Positions 21,988 through 30,476 of a stretch of 45,485 nt of DNA are shown here, piece by piece (position 1 is the stretch's first letter; the number at the start of each line of letters is the position of its first letter). This DNA is from Actinomycetales bacterium (GTDB lineage: Bacteria > Actinomycetota > Actinomycetes > Actinomycetales > Microbacteriaceae). The stretch is taken from contig JBBQYN010000001.1 of assembly GCA_038208655.1 (NCBI GenBank), positions 1 through 45,485 on the forward strand. Direction: 5' to 3'. A program made the translations under genes and the position numbers. The notes below the pieces were generated by a model. It was not told where the DNA came from. It saw only the letters and a program-made list of their open reading frames with translations, and made no database searches.

Positions 21988-22974
21988 TTAGAACGCCGCC
22001 GAGACGAAGGCGTTGAACTGCTCGGGGTCGGTGATGCTGCCGGGGTAGACGAGGCCGTCGACAAGGACCGTGGGGGTGCCCTCGATCATGGTGAGGTCGG
22101 TGGCGTCGATCGGGCCGGTGAAGGCCCGTTCCGTGTTCTGCTGGGACCAGGCCTGGTATACCTCGGAGCCGACGCAGTCGGCGATGCTCCGCCCGCCCGG
22201 CGCGGCCGCGGCGGCCAGGCTGGCCAGTTCGGTGTTGCTCAGGCCCGCCGTGTTCTCGGCCGGCTGGTCGGCGTACAGCGCGGCGAGCAGGTCGAGGGTT
22301 CCGTCGGGGTTCATGGTGGCCTGGCAGGTCAACGCCGACGATGCCCGACTGGAGTAATCCGTGCCGGCCGAGGCCCGATCCAGGAACGTCAGAGAGTGCA
22401 GCCGCAGGGTGATGGCGTCGTTCTGCACCGCGAGGGCCAGTTGCGGTCCGTTGGTGTCTTCGAACGCCTTGCAGAAGGGGCAGAGCACGTCGAAATACAC
22501 GTCGACCACGACGGGACCGGAACCCAGCTCGAGGTAGCCGTCGTCGAAGTGCGCGGCGCCGACCGTGCCGCTCAGCACGTCGGTGCTGGGCGCACTGTTC
22601 GATGGGCCGGCCGCGCCGGCCAATGACGATACGAAGGTGCCGAACACGGCCGCGAACAGCACCGCGAACGCGATGACCGCGGCCAGGATGGCCAGACCGA
22701 GGTAGCCCAGCACGAGGCCCGCGATGGCGAGCCCGCGGCCGGCCTCACCGCGCGCACGAATCTGAGCGAGCGCGATGTGGCCCGTGATGACGGCGGCCAG
22801 CGACACGAAGAATGCCGACACGAACGACACCACCGCCAGGGTGTTGGTGCGCGGTGCCGTCGGGTACAGCGCCTCCGTTCCGGCCGTATCACCCGGATCT
22901 CCCTGATACCCGAGGACTTCGGGGACCGGCGGGGGTGGCGTCGGCGCGGCTGCGTCGGTGGGCTGATCTGTCAT
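21988..22974 (-). CDS. DUF4190-type membrane domain fused to DsbA-like thioredoxin domain
   Basis: TNTLAVVS..GHIALAQIR..GE.GRGLAIAGLVLGY (DUF4190-like); CPFC active site and EGTPT cis-Pro loop (DsbA); SD GAAGGAG. Confidence 0.85.
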   Translation of the reverse strand: MTDQPTDAAAPTPPPPVPEVLGYQGDPGDTAGTEALYPTAPRTNTLAVVSFVSAFFVSLAAVITGHIALAQIRARGEAGRGLAIAGLVLGYLGLAILAAVIAFAVLFAAVFGTFVSSLAGAAGPSNSAPSTDVLSGTVGAAHFDDGYLELGSGPVVVDVYFDVLCPFCKAFEDTNGPQLALAVQNDAITLRLHSLTFLDRASAGTDYSSRASSALTCQATMNPDGTLDLLAALYADQPAENTAGLSNTELASLAAAAAPGGRSIADCVGSEVYQAWSQQNTERAFTGPIDATDLTMIEGTPTVLVDGLVYPGSITDPEQFNAFVSAAF

Positions 22975-22993
22975 CGGGCTCCTTCGGGTACTG

Positions 22994-23413
22994 CTACGCG
23001 GACGGCGCTGTCTGGGCGATTTTGCCCAACAGGCCGTTCACGAAGCCGGCGGAGTCGTCGGTGGACAGCACCTTCGCCGATTCGACGGCCTCGTCGATGG
23101 CCACGGCCACCGGGATGGCGTCGTTGTAGAGGATCTCCCAGATGCCGATGCGCAGGATCGCGCGGTCGATATTGGGCATTCGGGCCAGCGTCCAACCCTG
23201 CGAGTAGGTCTCGATGAGTTCATCGATTTCGACCTGGTTGTCGACGACCCCGTCGATGATGTCGCGGGCGTACAGCCACGACGCCTGACGGGCGGGTTCG
23301 TTGACGGCGCGTTCCGCTTCGCGGGCGAGGGATTCCGGGATGGTGCTCTGGCGCACGTCGGCGGCGTAGAGAATGTCGAGGGCGCGCTTGCGCGCCTTGG
23401 TGCGAGCGCTCAC
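22994..23413 (-). CDS. nusB: Transcription antitermination factor NusB
   Basis: ARTKARKRALDILY, W.L.RM..IDRAILR, IDEAVE.AK, FVNGLLG. Confidence 0.97.
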   Translation of the reverse strand: MSARTKARKRALDILYAADVRQSTIPESLAREAERAVNEPARQASWLYARDIIDGVVDNQVEIDELIETYSQGWTLARMPNIDRAILRIGIWEILYNDAIPVAVAIDEAVESAKVLSTDDSAGFVNGLLGKIAQTAPSA

Positions 23414-23973
23414 TAGTTGACGCGGCCCAGGTAGTCGCCCGTGCGGGTGTCCACCTTGACCTTGGTGCCCTGTTCCAGGAACAGCGGAACCTGAATCTGG
23501 AATCCGGTCTCGACGGTGGCGGGCTTGGTGCCGCCGGTGGAGCGGTCGCCCTGCAGGCCGGGCTCGGTGTAGGTGATCTCCAGTACGACGGATGCCGGCA
23601 GCTCGACGTAGAGCGGGTTTCCGTCGTGCAGGGCCACGGTCACGGCCTGGCTTTCGAGCATGAAGTTGCTCGCGTCGCCGACCACTGCCGCGGAGACGTA
23701 GAGCTGGTCGTAGTCCGCGACGTCCATGAAGACGTAGGACTCGCCGTCGGCGTAGAGGTAGGTGAAGTCGCGGCGGTCCACGTTCTCGGTTTCGATCTTG
23801 GCGCCGGCGTTGAAGGTGCGGTCGACGGTCTTGCCGCTGACGACGTTCTTGAGCTTGGTGCGCACGAACGCGCCACCCTTGCCGGGCTTGACGTGTTGGA
23901 ACTCGATGACGGCCCAGAGGTTGCCGTCGATCTTGAGAACGACGCCATTTTTGATGTCGGCAGTAGAGGCCAT
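23413..23973 (-). CDS. efp: Translation elongation factor P
   Basis: [48 protein letters not shown]; start at ATG 23973. Confidence 0.98.
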   Translation of the reverse strand: MASTADIKNGVVLKIDGNLWAVIEFQHVKPGKGGAFVRTKLKNVVSGKTVDRTFNAGAKIETENVDRRDFTYLYADGESYVFMDVADYDQLYVSAAVVGDASNFMLESQAVTVALHDGNPLYVELPASVVLEITYTEPGLQGDRSTGGTKPATVETGFQIQVPLFLEQGTKVKVDTRTGDYLGRVN

Positions 23974-24096
23974 GAGGAGGAGGTTCCGTTCGATTCGTTC
24001 AATTAGGAAGGTGCACGGCCCATTCGGCCTCAGACGAGTGTAGTTCCCCGGGCCGCGGCACGCCAAAGCCGAACCCGCCGCACGCGCCCCGCCGGT

Positions 24097-24540
24097 TCAG
24101 GCGCCGGGAAGCCCGGTGAGGTGGTTCAATGCCAGCCGGTAGCTGTCGAAACCGAACCCGGCGATGACTCCGGTCGCGACGGCGCTCACCACGCTGGTGT
24201 GGCGGAAGGTTTCCCGCGCGTGCGGGTTGGTGATGTGCACCTCGATCAGGGGCAGGCCGGCTTTGGTCACCAGCGCCGCCGCATCCCGCAGCGCGTAGCT
24301 GTAGTGCGTGAAAGCGGCCGGGTTGAGGATCACACTGTGGCCGTTGTCGACCGCCTCGTAGAGCCAGTGGATCAGCTCAGCCTCGTCGTCGGTCTGGCGC
24401 AGGTCGACGGTCACGCCCGCGGGGGCGCTCGTGCTGAGCAGGGTTCGGAGGTCGTCGAGGTTCGCGGCGCCGTAGACGTCGGGTTCGCGGCTGCCGAGTC
24501 GGCCGAGGTTAGGTCCGTTCAGCACGAGCACAGTAGTCAT
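24097..24540 (-). CDS. aroQ: Type II 3-dehydroquinate dehydratase
   Basis: LNGPNLGRLGSREPDVYG, NPAAFTHYSYALRDA, IEVHITNPHARE.FRH.S. Confidence 0.97.
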   Translation of the reverse strand: MTTVLVLNGPNLGRLGSREPDVYGAANLDDLRTLLSTSAPAGVTVDLRQTDDEAELIHWLYEAVDNGHSVILNPAAFTHYSYALRDAAALVTKAGLPLIEVHITNPHARETFRHTSVVSAVATGVIAGFGFDSYRLALNHLTGLPGA

Positions 24541-24546
24541 CCCCCG

Positions 24547-24552
24547 AGCCTA
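24547..24552 (-). promoter_or_regulatory. Putative -10 element (TAGGCT) of leaderless aroQ transcript
   Basis: TAGGCT-cggggg-ATG. Confidence 0.6.
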
Positions 24553-24589
24553 AACCCGGCGGGCCCGCCGCCAGGCCAGGCTATCCGGG

Positions 24590-25072
24590 TCAGGCGGCCA
24601 GCTCGACGATTCCGTCGTCGGAGGCCACGAACAGGGCCGTGATGCGCAGGGTCGACCCGAACGAGGTGCGCAGCTCCGACGCCCAGGCCTGGTCCGGGGC
24701 GGTGAGATCGGCCCCCCCGGGGCGTTCCAGGGTGAGGATCACACTGCCGCCGGGAGCGTAGCTGTCCAGCAGTTCCGCGAACCGCGCGGCCAACTCGGTG
24801 AGGTGACCGGATTGGGGGCGTAACGGGATGTCTTCGATCGGGATGACCACGGGCAGCTGCACGCCGTCGCGGTCCAGCAGCATCAGCCACAGCTGTCGGC
24901 GGATGGCGGAGCCCACCAGCTGGGCGACCCGGTCTTGGGCCTGGGCGATGGTGGTCACCGGGGTCTGGTCGGGACCGGGCGGGGCTGCGGGAGCGAGGTC
25001 AGCGTTGTCGGGGTCAGCGTTGTCGGGGTCAGCGTTCTCGAGGTCCGGGTCTGAGTTCTCGTAATCAGTCAT
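24590..25072 (-). CDS. Hypothetical protein, possible degenerate RadC/JAB (MPN)-like fold
   Basis: Acidic repeat N-tail, then QLWLMLLDRDG, SVILTLERPG, LTAPDQAWA, LRITALFVA; start placed at ATG 25072 (the ORF extends to 25117). Fold call is tentative. Confidence 0.7.
   Translation of the reverse strand: MTDYENSDPDLENADPDNADPDNADLAPAAPPGPDQTPVTTIAQAQDRVAQLVGSAIRRQLWLMLLDRDGVQLPVVIPIEDIPLRPQSGHLTELAARFAELLDSYAPGGSVILTLERPGGADLTAPDQAWASELRTSFGSTLRITALFVASDDGIVELAA
24997..25041. repeat. 15-bp tandem repeat x3 (NADPD)
   Basis: ggtcagcgttgtcgg twice plus ggtcagcgttctcga. Confidence 0.85.
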
Positions 25073-25109
25073 GCGGGCATGATGGCGTGCATTCCGCGCT
25101 GGCTGGGAG

Positions 25110-25118
25110 TTATCCACA
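25110..25118 (+). promoter_or_regulatory. Perfect DnaA box TTATCCACA in divergent intergenic region
   Basis: Exact match to the canonical 9-mer; function not demonstrated. Confidence 0.5.
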
Positions 25119-25214
25119 GGTTTTCTGGTGAGAACGGCCGTGGCCCTCTATGCTGAGGGGGCCGAACGGGCACCGCCGCCCGGATCGCTTCAGCCCCGAA
25201 GGATCGCGATTGCC

Positions 25215-26564
25215 GTGACCAGTCCCTGGACCGCCGTCTCCCCCGAAGACTCCGCTCGCGCCACCTTCGCCAGGTTGGAGCAGGCGCACGCCTCCGCCGT
25301 CTCGGACCGGGTGATGCGATCCGGAGTGCGGCAGCTGGTGCAGGAGTCCTGGGTGCGGTCCCTCTCCCTGCGACTGGACCCGTCGGCAGTGGCCCCCGAG
25401 CGCGAACTCAGCGCCGACGAACTGCGCGACCTACGCAGCCGACATCCGCTGTCGGCGGTGTTGCCGGTGGTGCACAACCTGCTGATTCGGCACGCCTTCG
25501 ACGCCGGGCTGATCGTAGCCGTCGGCGATGAGTCCGGTCGCCTGCTCTGGATCGACGGCGACCGGGTGCTGCGGCGCAAGGCTGAAGAGATGCTCTTCGT
25601 GGAGGGCGCCGACTGGTCGGAACGGCGGGTCGGCACGAGCGCCCCCGGCACGGCGCTGGCCCTGGACCACGGCATTCAGATTCAACGCGCCGAACACTTC
25701 AATCACCTCGCCCACCCCTGGAGTTGTACGGCCGTACCCATTCACGACCCCGAGACCGGCCGGGTGCTCGGGGTGATCGACATCACCGGCGGGGCGGATG
25801 CGGTGGCTCCCCAGACCCTGCCCCTGGTCGAAGCCGCGGTGGCCGCGATCGAGGCGGAACTGCGTATTCAACGGCTCACCCCGGCCGCGGCACGCCCGCA
25901 ACCGGCGCAGCGCCCGGCGGCGCGCACCGCCCCACGCCGGGCGGAACCGGCGGTGCTCACCGTGCTGGGCAGCGATCATGGCGTGCTCACCGTCGGAGCG
26001 ACATCCGTCGAGATCAGCCCGCGGCACGCCGAAATTCTCACGCTCCTGGTGTGGCACCGGGAGGGCCTGTCGGCGGACCGGCTGGCGGCGCTGCTCAGCG
26101 ACCACCCCGGCGGTGTCGAGACCCTGCGCGCCGAGATGGTGCGGGTGCGGCGGGTGCTTGCGCCGCTCGCCCCGAAGCTCGTGATCGGGTCGCGGCCGTA
26201 CCGGCTGGAGAGCCCGGTGGAACTGGATGCCCAGCGGGTGCTGTCGTTTCTGGAGCGCGGCGCGCACCGGGTGGCGCTCGGCGCCTACCGCGGCGCGGTG
26301 CTGCCCAATTCCCTCGCGCCGGGCATCATCGAGGTGCGCCGGGAGGTCAGCGCCCGGCTGCGGGAATCCATGCTCAGCGACGCCACCGCCGACCTGCTGC
26401 TCAGTTACGCCCGCAGCGACGAAGCGACCGACGATTCCGAGGTCTGGCGGGCCTGCCTGCAGCTGCTGCCCGCCCGGTCCCCGAAGCGGGCGACCGTTGT
26501 GGCCCGGCTCAGCCGCATCGACGCCGAGCTCGGCACCCCCGCAACCTTTCGCAACGTTCCCTGA
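25215..26564 (+). CDS. GAF-domain transcriptional regulator (AcoR/DhaR-type GAF plus C-terminal winged helix, no sigma-54 ATPase)
   Basis: [26 protein letters not shown]...[22 protein letters not shown]; C-terminal RHAEIL.LL..GLS...L..TLRAEM.R.R..SRPYRL; GTG 25215; -10 candidate TATGCT at 25149-25154. Confidence 0.88.
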   Translation: MTSPWTAVSPEDSARATFARLEQAHASAVSDRVMRSGVRQLVQESWVRSLSLRLDPSAVAPERELSADELRDLRSRHPLSAVLPVVHNLLIRHAFDAGLIVAVGDESGRLLWIDGDRVLRRKAEEMLFVEGADWSERRVGTSAPGTALALDHGIQIQRAEHFNHLAHPWSCTAVPIHDPETGRVLGVIDITGGADAVAPQTLPLVEAAVAAIEAELRIQRLTPAAARPQPAQRPAARTAPRRAEPAVLTVLGSDHGVLTVGATSVEISPRHAEILTLLVWHREGLSADRLAALLSDHPGGVETLRAEMVRVRRVLAPLAPKLVIGSRPYRLESPVELDAQRVLSFLERGAHRVALGAYRGAVLPNSLAPGIIEVRREVSARLRESMLSDATADLLLSYARSDEATDDSEVWRACLQLLPARSPKRATVVARLSRIDAELGTPATFRNVP

Positions 26565-26572
26565 CGTAGCAT
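26540..26572 (+). promoter_or_regulatory. ALDH promoter: CGCAAC direct repeat plus -10 TAGCAT
   Basis: CGCAAC at 26540 and 26550 (10-bp period); TAGCAT at 26567-26572. Confidence 0.55.
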
Positions 26573-26625
26573 CGGGGCACGGCTGCAGCAGCAACCGCCG
26601 ACATCGTCGTCGACAGAGGAGAACC

Positions 26626-28149
26626 ATGACCGTCTACGCAACACCCGGATCCGCCAACGCGAAGGTCACCTTCAAGCCCCGGTATGAGAACTGGATCGGT
26701 GGCGAGTGGGTTGCCCCGGTCAAGGGCCAGTATTTCGAAGACATCTCCCCGGTGAACGGCAAGCCCTTCACAGAAGTCGCCCGCGGCACCGCCGCCGACA
26801 TCGACCTGGCCCTGGATGCCGCGCACAAGGCCGCCCCCGCGTGGGGCAAGACCAGCGCCACCGAGCGTGCCGCGGTCCTGAACAAGATCGCCGACATTAT
26901 CGACGCCAACCTGGAACTGCTCGCCGTGGCCGAGACCTGGGATAACGGCAAGCCCGTGCGCGAGACCCTCGCCGCCGACATCCCCCTGGCCGCCGACCAC
27001 TTCCGGTACTTCGCCGCGGCGATCCGGGCCCAGGACGGCGACCACGCCCAGCTGGATGGCGACACCGTGTCGTATCAGTTCCATGAACCGCTCGGCGTGG
27101 TCGGCCAGATCATCCCCTGGAACTTCCCCATCCTGATGGCCGTCTGGAAGTTGGCCCCGGCCCTCGCCGCCGGCAACACCGTCGTGCTCAAGCCGGCCGA
27201 GCAGACGCCCGCGTCGATCCTGGTGCTCATCGAACTGCTCGGTAATGTGCTCCCCCCGGGCGTGGTGAACATCGTCAACGGGTTCGGCCTGGAAGCCGGC
27301 AAGCCGCTGGCGTCAAGCCCCCGCATCCGCAAGATCGCCTTCACCGGGGAAACCTCCACCGGCCGCCTGATCCTGCAGTACGCCAGCGCCAATATCATCC
27401 CCTCCACGGTGGAGCTCGGCGGCAAGAGCCCGAACATCTTCTTCAGCGACGTCGCCGACCAGAACGACGCTTTCTACGACAAGGCGCAGGAGGGCTTCGC
27501 CCTGTTCGCCTTCAACCAGGGCGAGGTCTGCACCGCGCCCAGCCGGGCGCTGCTGCAGAAGCCCATTTACGAGAGTTTCCTCAGCGACGCCGTCAAGCGC
27601 ACCTCACTGGCCATTCAGGGTAACCCGCTGGACACCGCCACCCAGGTGGGCGCCCAGGCCAGCAACGACCAGCTGGAAAAGATCCTCTCCTACATCGACA
27701 TCGGCAAGAAGGAGGGCGCCAAGCTGGCGCTCGGCGGCGAACGCGTCGACCTCGGCGGTGACCTCACCGACGGCTATTACGTGCAGCCGACCATCTTCGA
27801 AGGCCACAACAAGATGCGCCTGTTCCAGGAAGAGATCTTCGGCCCGGTGCTCGCCGTCACGAGCTTCGAGGACTACGACGACGCCATCTCCATCGCCAAC
27901 GACACCCTCTACGGTCTGGGCGCCGGCGTCTGGTCGCGCAACGGCAACGTCGCGTACCGGGCCGGGCGAGACATTCAGGCCGGCCGGGTGTGGGTCAACA
28001 ACTACCACGCGTACCCCGCCGGGGCCGCGTTCGGCGGGTACAAGAGTTCGGGTATCGGCCGGGAGAACAACAAGCTCGCTCTCGGCCACTACCAGCAGAC
28101 CAAGAACCTGCTGGTGTCGTACTCCGAGAACGCCCTGGGTTTCTTCTAG
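26626..28149 (+). CDS. NAD-dependent aldehyde dehydrogenase (AldB/ExaC/AcoD acetaldehyde dehydrogenase type)
   Basis: [35 protein letters not shown] (catalytic Cys), EEIFGP, FGGYK.SG.GRE; SD AGAGGAG; 507 aa. Confidence 0.96.
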   Translation: MTVYATPGSANAKVTFKPRYENWIGGEWVAPVKGQYFEDISPVNGKPFTEVARGTAADIDLALDAAHKAAPAWGKTSATERAAVLNKIADIIDANLELLAVAETWDNGKPVRETLAADIPLAADHFRYFAAAIRAQDGDHAQLDGDTVSYQFHEPLGVVGQIIPWNFPILMAVWKLAPALAAGNTVVLKPAEQTPASILVLIELLGNVLPPGVVNIVNGFGLEAGKPLASSPRIRKIAFTGETSTGRLILQYASANIIPSTVELGGKSPNIFFSDVADQNDAFYDKAQEGFALFAFNQGEVCTAPSRALLQKPIYESFLSDAVKRTSLAIQGNPLDTATQVGAQASNDQLEKILSYIDIGKKEGAKLALGGERVDLGGDLTDGYYVQPTIFEGHNKMRLFQEEIFGPVLAVTSFEDYDDAISIANDTLYGLGAGVWSRNGNVAYRAGRDIQAGRVWVNNYHAYPAGAAFGGYKSSGIGRENNKLALGHYQQTKNLLVSYSENALGFF

Positions 28150-28161
28150 ACACCCGGTCAC

Positions 28162-28198
28162 CCCGGGGCCGTCGGCGGTTTACGCCGACGGCCCCGGG
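28162..28198 (+). terminator. 16-bp GC stem-loop between ALDH and DUF779
   Basis: cccggggccgtcggcg-gttta-cgccgacggccccggg perfect inverted repeat; no U-tract. Confidence 0.7.
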
Positions 28199-28231
28199 CG
28201 CTCGTCCCGCATCACGGTAAGGAGAACACTG

Positions 28232-28777
28232 ATGACCGACACCATTCCGGCCCACCCGGCCGCGGCCGACGACGCCGCCGCACGCGATACCGAAGCAGGG
28301 AACGCCACCGCCACCATCATGGCGTCGGTGACGGTCCCCGGAGAAGTGATTCCCCGGGTCGAACTGCTTCCCGTGGCCGTGGACCTCTTGCGCAGCCTCT
28401 GGCAGGAGTACGGGCCGCTGATGTTTCACCAGTCCGGCGGATGCTGCGACGGCAGCGCCCCGATGTGTTTCATGGCGGGTGAATTCATCACATCCGACCA
28501 GGACGTGCTTCTGGGCTCCTTCGACCTGGCACCCGCGGGCGACGATCCGCAACCGCTGGATTTCTGGATGTCAGCGGAACAATTCGGCTACTGGAGCCAC
28601 ACGTTTCTCTCCATCGATGTGGTGCCGGGCCGCGGCAGCGGGTTCTCCGCCGAAGCGCCCCGCGGGGTGCGGTTCCTGATCCGATCCCGCCTGATGGAAA
28701 CCGCGGACCCGTTCGCCGACCCCGCCACGGTCATCCCCGTCGGCCCCGACGACGAGACGACGCCCGAGGCCGCTTAG
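28232..28777 (+). CDS. DUF779 family protein
   Basis: GPLMFHQSGGCCDGSAPMC, D..LG, QF.YW.HT...IDVVPGRGSGFS.E.P.G.RF..RSR; SD AAGGAG; DUF779 typically follows this ALDH type. Confidence 0.9.
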   Translation: MTDTIPAHPAAADDAAARDTEAGNATATIMASVTVPGEVIPRVELLPVAVDLLRSLWQEYGPLMFHQSGGCCDGSAPMCFMAGEFITSDQDVLLGSFDLAPAGDDPQPLDFWMSAEQFGYWSHTFLSIDVVPGRGSGFSAEAPRGVRFLIRSRLMETADPFADPATVIPVGPDDETTPEAA

Positions 28778-29889
28778 GACCCGATCGCCTGGTATGCCGA
28801 GAACAGGAGCGACGCGTCGGGGCCTTCCATCATGGTGGGCTTGCCGATGTCGTCGAGCACCACGAAGCGCAGCATGCCGCTGCGGGTCTTCTTGTCGCGT
28901 TGCATCGAGGCCAGCAGGGTGCTCCAGCGCCCCACCGGGTACGAGATGGGCAGGGTGAGCGAGTCCAGAATGCTTCGGTGCCGGTCAACCGCTTCCACCG
29001 ACAGTCGGCCGCTGAGACCGGCGAGTTCCGCGGCGAACATCATGCCCACCGCGACGGCCGCGCCATGCCGCCAGCCGTACCGTTCGGCGTGCTCGACGGC
29101 GTGGCCCAGGGTGTGCCCGTAGTTGAGGATTTCGCGCAGGCCGGACTCCTTGAAGTCCTCCCCCACGATGCGTGCCTTCATGGCGATGCTCAGCTCGATG
29201 AGGCGCCGGAACTCGGGGGTGGTCGGGTCGGTGGCGCGGGCGACATCCGCTTCGATGATGTCCAGAATCTCGGGAACCTGAATGAACCCGGCCTTCGCGA
29301 TCTCGGCGAAACCGGCGAGAATCTCGTTCTTGGGCAGTTGCTCGAGCAGGTCGAGGTCGCAGAGCACCGCGCTGGGTGCGTAGAAGGTGCCGACCAGGTT
29401 CTTGCCCTCGGCGGTGTTGATGCCGTTCTTGCCGCCGACGGCCGCGTCTACCATACCCAGCACGCTGGTGGGAATCTGCACGAGCATGACGCCGCGCAGC
29501 CAGGTGGACGCCACAAAACCGGCCAGGTCGGTGACGGCTCCGCCGCCGAGACCGATGACGGCGTCGGTGCGGCTGAAGTCGGCCTGGCCCATCACCTGCC
29601 AGCAGAACGCGGCCACTTCGACACGCTTGGCGGGTTCGGCGTCGGGCACCTCGGCGATGAGCACCTCGTAATGGCTCAGCAGGCTCTCCCGTAGGGCCAC
29701 CGCGCGGGCGCCGAGCGTGGAGGTGTGCACGATGAGCACCTTCTTCACGCTGGTTCCGAGCTGGTCGGCGACGGTGGTGACGAGGCCCCGGCCGATGCTG
29801 ACCGGGTAGCTGTTCTCGCCGGTCACGGTGATCACCGTGGTCGGTACGATCGGGTCTGCTGCGGTGGAGGTGTCGGTCATGTCTGTCAC
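28774..29889 (-). CDS. aroB: 3-dehydroquinate synthase
   Basis: GGGAVTDLAGFVA, PTSVLGMVDAAVGGKNGIN, GKNLVG.F, LNYGHTLGHA, HGAAVAVG, DKK. Confidence 0.98.
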   Translation of the reverse strand: MTDMTDTSTAADPIVPTTVITVTGENSYPVSIGRGLVTTVADQLGTSVKKVLIVHTSTLGARAVALRESLLSHYEVLIAEVPDAEPAKRVEVAAFCWQVMGQADFSRTDAVIGLGGGAVTDLAGFVASTWLRGVMLVQIPTSVLGMVDAAVGGKNGINTAEGKNLVGTFYAPSAVLCDLDLLEQLPKNEILAGFAEIAKAGFIQVPEILDIIEADVARATDPTTPEFRRLIELSIAMKARIVGEDFKESGLREILNYGHTLGHAVEHAERYGWRHGAAVAVGMMFAAELAGLSGRLSVEAVDRHRSILDSLTLPISYPVGRWSTLLASMQRDKKTRSGMLRFVVLDDIGKPTMMEGPDASLLFSAYQAIGS

Positions 29890-30476
29890 GGTTTCTCTCT
29901 TACCCAGGTCACGATCTCGTCGACGATGCTGTCGATGGGACGGTTTGAGGTGTCAAAGCGGATGCTGGCGAGGCGTTCATAGGTCGGCCGGCGTTCGTCA
30001 TAGATACGCTGCCAGTCTCCCAGCCCTCCGGCGGGGCCGGCGCTGAGCAACGGCCGTCGGGTGCCGCCGAGGCGGGCCTCCACGACGGCGGCGCGCACGG
30101 TGAGGAAGATCACGGTGGCCCCGGCCAGGTCGGCCTGCGTGGCGGGGTCGAGGACCGCGCCGCCGCCGAGTGAGACCACGGCACCGTCGCGCAGGGCACG
30201 CACCACGGCGTCACGTTCCAACTGCCGAAAGTAGGCTTCGCCTTCGCTGAGAAAAATCTGCGGGATCGGGCCGTGCTCGGCGACCACGAGTTTGTCGGTG
30301 TCGCTGAACGCGAGGCCGAGGGCCCGGGCCACCCGTTTGCCGATCTTCGATTTTCCGGCCGCCATCGGCCCGATGAACACGATCGGGCCGCGCCGCGCCA
30401 CGCTCGTGTCCGTGTCCCTGTGCGGCGGGCCGGGGTTGGGTGGGCCGGGGTTGGGCGGGCCAGGGTGCGGCGTCAC
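29886..30476 (-). CDS. aroK: Shikimate kinase
   Basis: [13 protein letters not shown]-loop, DTD, GEAYFR.LE, SLGGG, RPLL, R...Y. Confidence 0.95.
   Translation of the reverse strand: MTPHPGPPNPGPPNPGPPHRDTDTSVARRGPIVFIGPMAAGKSKIGKRVARALGLAFSDTDKLVVAEHGPIPQIFLSEGEAYFRQLERDAVVRALRDGAVVSLGGGAVLDPATQADLAGATVIFLTVRAAVVEARLGGTRRPLLSAGPAGGLGDWQRIYDERRPTYERLASIRFDTSNRPIDSIVDEIVTWVREKP
30427..30470. repeat. 15-bp tandem repeat x3 in aroK 5' end (PGPPN)
   Basis: gggccggggttgggt / gggccggggttgggc / gggccagggtgcgg. Confidence 0.8.

Noticed and set aside
23982-24000. GTTC/GAAC repeats upstream of efp as a LexA box
   Set aside because: They are direct repeats, not the palindromic TCGAAC-N4-GTTCGA SOS box.
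24997-25041. Short repeats as a CRISPR array
   Set aside because: Contiguous 15-bp in-frame coding repeats without spacers; no cas genes.
25100-25150. Replication origin suggested by the DnaA box
   Set aside because: Single box, no AT-rich unwinding element, no dnaA/dnaN nearby.
26227-26625. 133-aa N-terminal extension of the ALDH ORF suggesting a fusion
   Set aside because: Overlaps the regulator in another frame; a strong SD and typical ALDH N-terminus support ATG 26626. The same applies to the 27758 extension of DUF779 (true start 28232).
24590-28777. Mobile element or genomic island call for the ALDH cassette
   Set aside because: No integrase or transposase, tRNA target, terminal repeats or obvious compositional shift; kept only as a synteny observation.
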